Source: an uncultured Bacteroidaceae bacterium (GTDB lineage Bacteria; Bacteroidota; Bacteroidia; Bacteroidales; SM23-62). From it: a stretch of DNA of 64,000 nucleotides. The notes beneath the pieces are model-generated. The model was not told where the DNA came from. It did not search any database and worked only from the letters and a program-made list of their open reading frames with translations. The stretch spans positions 282 through 64,281 of the forward strand of contig CAYOPZ010000014.1 of assembly GCA_964406005.1 (NCBI GenBank), read 5' to 3'. The position numbers and the translations under genes were made by a program. This document shows, piece by piece, positions 59,398-64,000 of the stretch (position 1 is its first letter; every line of letters begins with the position of its first letter).

Positions 59398-59455
59398 GAG
59401 ATATTTAAATCAGACACCGGATCAGATTTATCGCCAGTCATTTCATGATTTGATT

Positions 59456-59463
59456 TAAATTTG
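59456..59463 (+). promoter_or_regulatory. Candidate -7 box (TAAATTTG) for the SDR gene
   Basis: Exact TAnnTTTG, 34 nt upstream of ATG 59498. Confidence 0.35.
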
Positions 59464-59497
59464 TATGGGCAAATTTTCTGTAAAATGAAATGATACC

Positions 59498-60397
59498 ATG
59501 GCGCAAACAAAATGGATTGCCGATAATATCCCTGATCAGAAAGGGAAAACAGTAATAGTAACCGGGTCAACCAGCGGACTGGGAAAAGAAGCCAGCCGGG
59601 TACTGGCAGGAAAAGGTGCAAAAGTTATTATGGCGGTAAGGAATACCGTCAAAGGAGAAAGTGTAGCAGAAGAAATCCGGAAGGAGTTTCCCGGTGCTGA
59701 AGTTGAAGTCATGAAACTCGACCTGTCCGGCCTGAAGTCGGTGAAATCGTTTGCCGATGAATTCATAAAACAATATGACAGGCTCGATATTCTTATAAAC
59801 AATGCCGGGGTTATGATGTGTCCCTATTCGAAAACCGAGGATGGTTTCGAAATACAGATGGGGACAAACCACCTGGGGCATTTCGCCCTGACTGGCCATT
59901 TAATGCCGCTGCTAAAGAAAACAAAAGGTTCCCGGATTGTCGCCACATCGAGTATGGGGCACAGAATGGGAAATATCGATTTCTCTGACATGAACTGGGA
60001 AAAAAGAAAATACAACACCAACAGGGCCTATGGCGACAGTAAACTTGCCAACTTGTATTTTGCGTATGAATTGGCACGGAAATTCGATGGCAATCAGAAC
60101 GCCCCGATGACAACAGCTGCTCATCCGGGAATCACAGCAACCGAGCTGGACAGGCACACACGTTTTTTTCGGTTTCTTAACATATTCTTTGCCCAGAAAG
60201 TAGAGACAGGCACCCTGCCGACCCTGAGAGCAGCTACCGACCCGGAAGCCAATTCGGGTGATTACTTTGGTCCGGGAGGGTTTATGGAAACAAGGGGGTA
60301 CCCGGTAAAGGTAGATTCGAATGAACTTTCGAAGGATGTCAATATTGCCAGGAAACTTTGGGAATTATCGGAAAAAATGACCGGGGTGAGTTACTGA
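59498..60397 (+). CDS. Short-chain dehydrogenase/reductase (classical SDR, retinol-DH/WWOX-like)
   Basis: VTGSTSGLGKE (TGxxxGxG), NNAG, catalytic YGDSKLAN (YxxxK). Confidence 0.9.
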   Translation: MAQTKWIADNIPDQKGKTVIVTGSTSGLGKEASRVLAGKGAKVIMAVRNTVKGESVAEEIRKEFPGAEVEVMKLDLSGLKSVKSFADEFIKQYDRLDILINNAGVMMCPYSKTEDGFEIQMGTNHLGHFALTGHLMPLLKKTKGSRIVATSSMGHRMGNIDFSDMNWEKRKYNTNRAYGDSKLANLYFAYELARKFDGNQNAPMTTAAHPGITATELDRHTRFFRFLNIFFAQKVETGTLPTLRAATDPEANSGDYFGPGGFMETRGYPVKVDSNELSKDVNIARKLWELSEKMTGVSY

Positions 60398-60541
60398 TTT
60401 TCTTATATCCCCTTCGTTTACGGAAGGGAGGGTGTCAAATCCCCTCATATAGTTACTCAGGAAAAGGTAAATGGCCAAACTGTTGCAAAGGTAATCTCCA
60501 TAAAAAAACCTGGTTATGATATACGATTAAAACAAAAACGA

Positions 60542-60940
60542 ATGAGTAATCTTTCAGAAACATTATCAAAGGAAGAAATACAGAAAATCACCGAAGCGGA
60601 TGATTTTCATATATCTCCGTTCCGTGAAGATGGTGTTACCTTTGGCACACCAACCTGGATCTGGTCTGTGATGGTTGATAATCAACTTTTTGTGCGGGCT
60701 TATAATGGAACAAGTTCCAGATGGTATCAGGCGGCTATCAGAGAAAAGGAGGGAAAGATCGAAGCTGCCGGCATGGTAAAGAAGGTACGTTTTGAGGCGG
60801 TTACCGGGAGCATAAACGAAATGATTGATGAGGCCTATCGGGATAAATACAGCGGCAGTCCATATTTGCGATCCATGATCAGCAGAAAGGCCAGGGCAGC
60901 AACAATACAAGTCCTGTCACCCAATCTTAACATTATATAG
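60542..60940 (+). CDS. DUF2255 family protein
   Basis: 132 aa. DDFHISPFREDGVTFGTPTWIWSVMVDNQLFVRAYNGTSSRWYQAA pattern. Confidence 0.75.
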   Translation: MSNLSETLSKEEIQKITEADDFHISPFREDGVTFGTPTWIWSVMVDNQLFVRAYNGTSSRWYQAAIREKEGKIEAAGMVKKVRFEAVTGSINEMIDEAYRDKYSGSPYLRSMISRKARAATIQVLSPNLNII

Positions 60941-61014
60941 GATTCCCTGGGACGTTGAATGCATTGATCTGTATTAATGAAGTGATGCCGGGAAATGAAT
61001 AATCATATAAAAAC

Positions 61015-61020
61015 AGGAGG
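61015..61020 (+). promoter_or_regulatory. Canonical Shine-Dalgarno (AGGAGG) for the bicupin gene
   Basis: AGGAGG, 8 nt upstream of ATG 61029. I saw no comparable SD upstream of the other genes in the window. Confidence 0.5.
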
Positions 61021-61028
61021 CTTAAAAG

Positions 61029-61904
61029 ATGAGTGATTTTAAACAAATCTTTCCATTAGGAGAAAAGAACGAAGCTTTTGCACAATACTTTATTGGGCAA
61101 AGCTATCTGGCTCCATTAACTCTGGAAGGGGTCCCATCCTTTAATGTGACTTTCGAACCGGGATGTCGCAACAACTGGCATATACATCATTCCAAAAGCG
61201 GAGGCGGACAAATGCTTCTCTGCACAGCAGGAGAAGGCTGGTTACAGAAAGAGGGGAAAAAACCTGTCAGCCTTTCAGAAGGCTCTTTGGTGTATATCCC
61301 GGCCGGGGTAAAACACTGGCATGGTGCAAAGGCTGACAGTTGGTTCAGCCATATCTCACTTGAAGTTCCAGGTAAAGAAGGCAATAATGAATGGTTGGAA
61401 CCTGTATCGGATGAGTATTATAGCAAATTGCCTGTCAAAAGGAAAAAGCACATTGATAAAGCAGCGGAAAGCAAAATAAAGTATTCAGCAAAGAAAGAAT
61501 TCAAAAAAGCAAGCATGTTTGGATTGGGCATACCCAACTTCATGCTATCCAAATATTTCAGTGGGCGCTCATATTTGAAAATGATGACAATGCCGGGAAG
61601 AGCGCCATTATTCATGGCAAATGTGACTTTCGAGCCGGGCTGTCGAAATAACTGGCACATACATCACAAAGGAGGACAAATTCTTTTTTGCACTGCCGGA
61701 ACCGGCTGGTACCGGGAAGAAGGGAAGCCGGCTCAATTGTTAAAACCCGGAGATGTTGTAAATATTCCTGCCGGCGTTAACCACTGGCACGGTGCGACAA
61801 AAGACAGCTGGTTTGCACATATAGCATTATCCGTACCGGCCGAAGGGGGTACTGTAGAATGGCTGGGTCCCGTTACAGACGAAGAATATGGCAAATTAGG
61901 CTGA
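61029..61904 (+). CDS. Bicupin protein (two tandem cupin_2-like domains)
   Basis: The block FEPGCRNNWHIHH...GGQ.L.CTAG.GW...EGK....L..G..V.IPAGV.HWHGA..DSWF.HI.L.VP....EWL.PV.DE.Y.KL occurs twice, at aa ~40-135 and ~200-291. Confidence 0.85.
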   Translation: MSDFKQIFPLGEKNEAFAQYFIGQSYLAPLTLEGVPSFNVTFEPGCRNNWHIHHSKSGGGQMLLCTAGEGWLQKEGKKPVSLSEGSLVYIPAGVKHWHGAKADSWFSHISLEVPGKEGNNEWLEPVSDEYYSKLPVKRKKHIDKAAESKIKYSAKKEFKKASMFGLGIPNFMLSKYFSGRSYLKMMTMPGRAPLFMANVTFEPGCRNNWHIHHKGGQILFCTAGTGWYREEGKPAQLLKPGDVVNIPAGVNHWHGATKDSWFAHIALSVPAEGGTVEWLGPVTDEEYGKLG

Positions 61905-61963
61905 TACCGCTTGGTGTGGTGCTTCTACCAGGAAACTAAAAAAATAAGTATCCGTCGCCGGGC

Positions 61964-63424
61964 CTAATGTCCCTCGTAATAGGGGTTCTGCTCCAGATGT
62001 GTATTGGCCTCGATCTCCCTTTCGGGGATGGGCAGGATCAGGTTCCCCGCATCGTAGGGGTCCGGTCCGATATCCATACCCCAGCGCTTCAGGTCATGCA
62101 GCCGGAAACCTTCCCAGCAAAGCTCCCGGTACCTTTCCGTGCGGATATCGTCCCGGTCCACGCTTGCCAGCGGATTGGTTCCCGTCCTCAGGCGTATGGT
62201 GTTGATGTCATCCACTGGTGTGGCCCCGTGAACAGTTCCTGCTTCAAAGTTCCCTTCCGCCCTGGTAAGGTACATCTCGGCCAGGCGGATGACGGGGAAG
62301 TTCAGGCGGCTGTCGCCGTATTTGGCGCAGTTGATATCCCCTCTGTTCCCGCTCCCGATGCCGATATAGTACATTTCCGTTACATTGGAGATCCGGGTTT
62401 CCCCCTCTTCCGTATCCGTCATGAGCCCGCCGCGCCTGTCGCTGGGGTTGAAAATACCCAGGAAGGAAAGGCTGATGGCCATATCCCCCCTGCCCTGCCC
62501 GGCCAGCGAGGCATAGTGGGTTGCCAGCCCGCTGTTGCTTTCCCCGTAATTGCTCGTGGCGGTTTGCTGTATGGCGAATACATCCTCGTCGACATTGTCC
62601 TCATTGTTAAAGGCGTCGAGCGGATCCTCCTCGAGACCGTATAATCCGGATTGTATAACAATATCGGCCTCCTGTGCCGCCAATTCATACTCACCCTGCT
62701 GCAGATAGACCCTCGACAGATAGGCGGACGCGGCGTATGTCGAAAGATAAATATCGTTCTGCCCGAAAGGGTTCAACAATGTTTTTGCATCACTCAGATC
62801 GGAAATGGCTTGTATATATACATCCTCGACCGAATTCCTGTCCGGTTCCGTAACGTCGTCTATGGTATACGTGGGCTCGAGCACCAGCGGGACCGCAGGA
62901 TTCGAAACGGTCTGCCCGGCCGTGTACGGAAGCCCCCAGAACCTGGCCAGCTCGAAATAGACCATCCCGCGTATGCATTTTGCCTCCCCTTCAATCCTCC
63001 CTTTCTGATCCGCATCCTCGACCACGTCCAGGTTGTCCAGAACCGTGTTGACGATGTTTATGACATCGTATGCACGCATCCATGAATCGCGGACCATTGT
63101 GTTGGTGGTTGTCAGCGCCTTTCTCGACATTTCCTTCTGTGCCTCGAACGAGCCTACCCACGAAACATCGCCGGTCGTGGCAAGAAGCTCGCTGAAAAAG
63201 TTGAAGGCCCCTCCCCAGAGCTCCCCGCCTTCATTGTCTCCCAGGGTGCCTTTTATGCCCTGGTAGGCGGAGATCAGCAGCAGTTGTACATCCTCACCCG
63301 AATTGAGTGCGGTTTCGGCATTGATCTGCTGTTTCGGATCTATATCGAGGTACTTGTCACAGGATGCAAAAGCAAGCAGGAGTATCGTTGCCAGTGATTT
63401 TGCATATGTATTTATCGTTTTCAT
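61964..63424 (-). CDS. RagB/SusD family nutrient-binding outer-membrane lipoprotein
   Basis: Lipobox LLLAFASC, DKYLDIDP, helical TPR-like body, C-terminal ...LPIPEREIEANTHLEQNPYYEGH. Confidence 0.9.
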   Translation of the reverse strand: MKTINTYAKSLATILLLAFASCDKYLDIDPKQQINAETALNSGEDVQLLLISAYQGIKGTLGDNEGGELWGGAFNFFSELLATTGDVSWVGSFEAQKEMSRKALTTTNTMVRDSWMRAYDVINIVNTVLDNLDVVEDADQKGRIEGEAKCIRGMVYFELARFWGLPYTAGQTVSNPAVPLVLEPTYTIDDVTEPDRNSVEDVYIQAISDLSDAKTLLNPFGQNDIYLSTYAASAYLSRVYLQQGEYELAAQEADIVIQSGLYGLEEDPLDAFNNEDNVDEDVFAIQQTATSNYGESNSGLATHYASLAGQGRGDMAISLSFLGIFNPSDRRGGLMTDTEEGETRISNVTEMYYIGIGSGNRGDINCAKYGDSRLNFPVIRLAEMYLTRAEGNFEAGTVHGATPVDDINTIRLRTGTNPLASVDRDDIRTERYRELCWEGFRLHDLKRWGMDIGPDPYDAGNLILPIPEREIEANTHLEQNPYYEGH

Positions 63425-63453
63425 CGTATTAAGTGTTTTGCTTTGTCAATGCC

Positions 63454-63999
63454 TTATAAACCGACGGTAATACCGGCCGTTACGGTCCGTGCCTGTGGAG
63501 CGGTATAAAAGTCGTAACCCTGCTGTATATTGGATTCTGTCGTGGACCTTTCCGTTCCGAGGAAATTCACTTCGGGGTCCCAGCCCGTGTAACGGGTCAG
63601 CGTAATGAGATTGGTGGCCGAAACGTAAATCCTGAAGGAGCGGAGGCCGGCCCTGTCAAGCCAGGCCGCCGGAAGGTTGTAACCCAGGTTGACACTTTTC
63701 ATCCTCAGGTAGGATGCATCCTGCAGGTACCTCGAAGAGTATTTTGTCCCTGAATATTCATTTCCGAAAAAATATGCCCTTGGAACATCCGTTACATCTC
63801 CGGGCTGCTGCCAGCGGTCGAGCTGGTCCCTTGTCTGGTTGTCGAAGAAATCGGAACCCTGGTTCGACTGGTACCTGCCCCCTCCGTTATAAACCTTGTT
63901 TCCGTATACGAAAGAGATCAGGATATTCAGGTCGAATCCCATGTATGTGAAGCTGTTGGTCATACCTCCCACAAAATCGGGATTGGGGCTTCCGACCAC
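63454..63999 (-). CDS. SusC/RagA family TonB-linked outer-membrane transporter, C-terminal part (runs off the window)
   Basis: C-terminal barrel strands (SYLRMKSVNLGYNLP..., NLITLTRYTGWDPEV, DFYTAPQARTVTAGITVGL), 29 nt upstream of the susD-like gene. Confidence 0.88.
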   Translation of the reverse strand: MVGSPNPDFVGGMTNSFTYMGFDLNILISFVYGNKVYNGGGRYQSNQGSDFFDNQTRDQLDRWQQPGDVTDVPRAYFFGNEYSGTKYSSRYLQDASYLRMKSVNLGYNLPAAWLDRAGLRSFRIYVSATNLITLTRYTGWDPEVNFLGTERSTTESNIQQGYDFYTAPQARTVTAGITVGL

Positions 64000-64000
64000 C

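Noticed and set aside
1-64000. Search for mobile-element or defence hallmarks: integrase, transposase, tRNA-flanked island, toxin-antitoxin, restriction-modification, CRISPR-Cas, reverse transcriptase.
   Set aside because: None of the translated ORFs shows the corresponding catalytic motifs, so no such feature is claimed. The YwqK-like annotation of the MORN protein reflects a repeat family name and is not evidence of a toxin-antitoxin pair.

Overview
This is a chromosomal segment from a Bacteroidota genome. The evidence is T9SS type A and type B C-terminal sorting domains, a PorP/SprF gene, a SusC/SusD pair, recurrent TAnnTTTG -7 promoter boxes, and almost no Shine-Dalgarno sequences. GC looks to be about 50-55% from hand counts of several lines. 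I call 44 protein-coding genes, two of them cut by the window edges. I found no rRNA, tRNA, CRISPR array, integrase, transposase or recognisable defence system.

About two thirds of the window is housekeeping: valS, pdxH, nadC, rlmH, der, era, glmM, mdh, secDF, tatA, lolD/lolE-like genes, mltF, a NUDIX CoA pyrophosphatase and an aminotransferase.

The accessory regions are:
- 180-8913: a 2134-aa T9SS adhesin built largely from a ~110-aa module I cannot assign, followed by a structured 379-bp intergenic region.
- 26931-33664: a T9SS type B cargo with a polyglycine-rich domain, its PorP/SprF partner, and a PD40/PKD protein.
- 33713-40226: a GH3 glycosidase, an unassignable secreted protein, and a Reg_prop/Y_Y_Y sensor fused to a PP2C phosphatase.
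- 45446-50799: an ATPase-less adaptor / MacB-type permease / TolC / MORN-lipoprotein operon.
- 58549-61904: a compositionally odd stretch.

The best candidates for undescribed biology are the GH3/unknown/sensor-phosphatase module and the type B cargo cluster. Neither is proven. All family assignments come from motif recognition by eye; no database search or computation was run.
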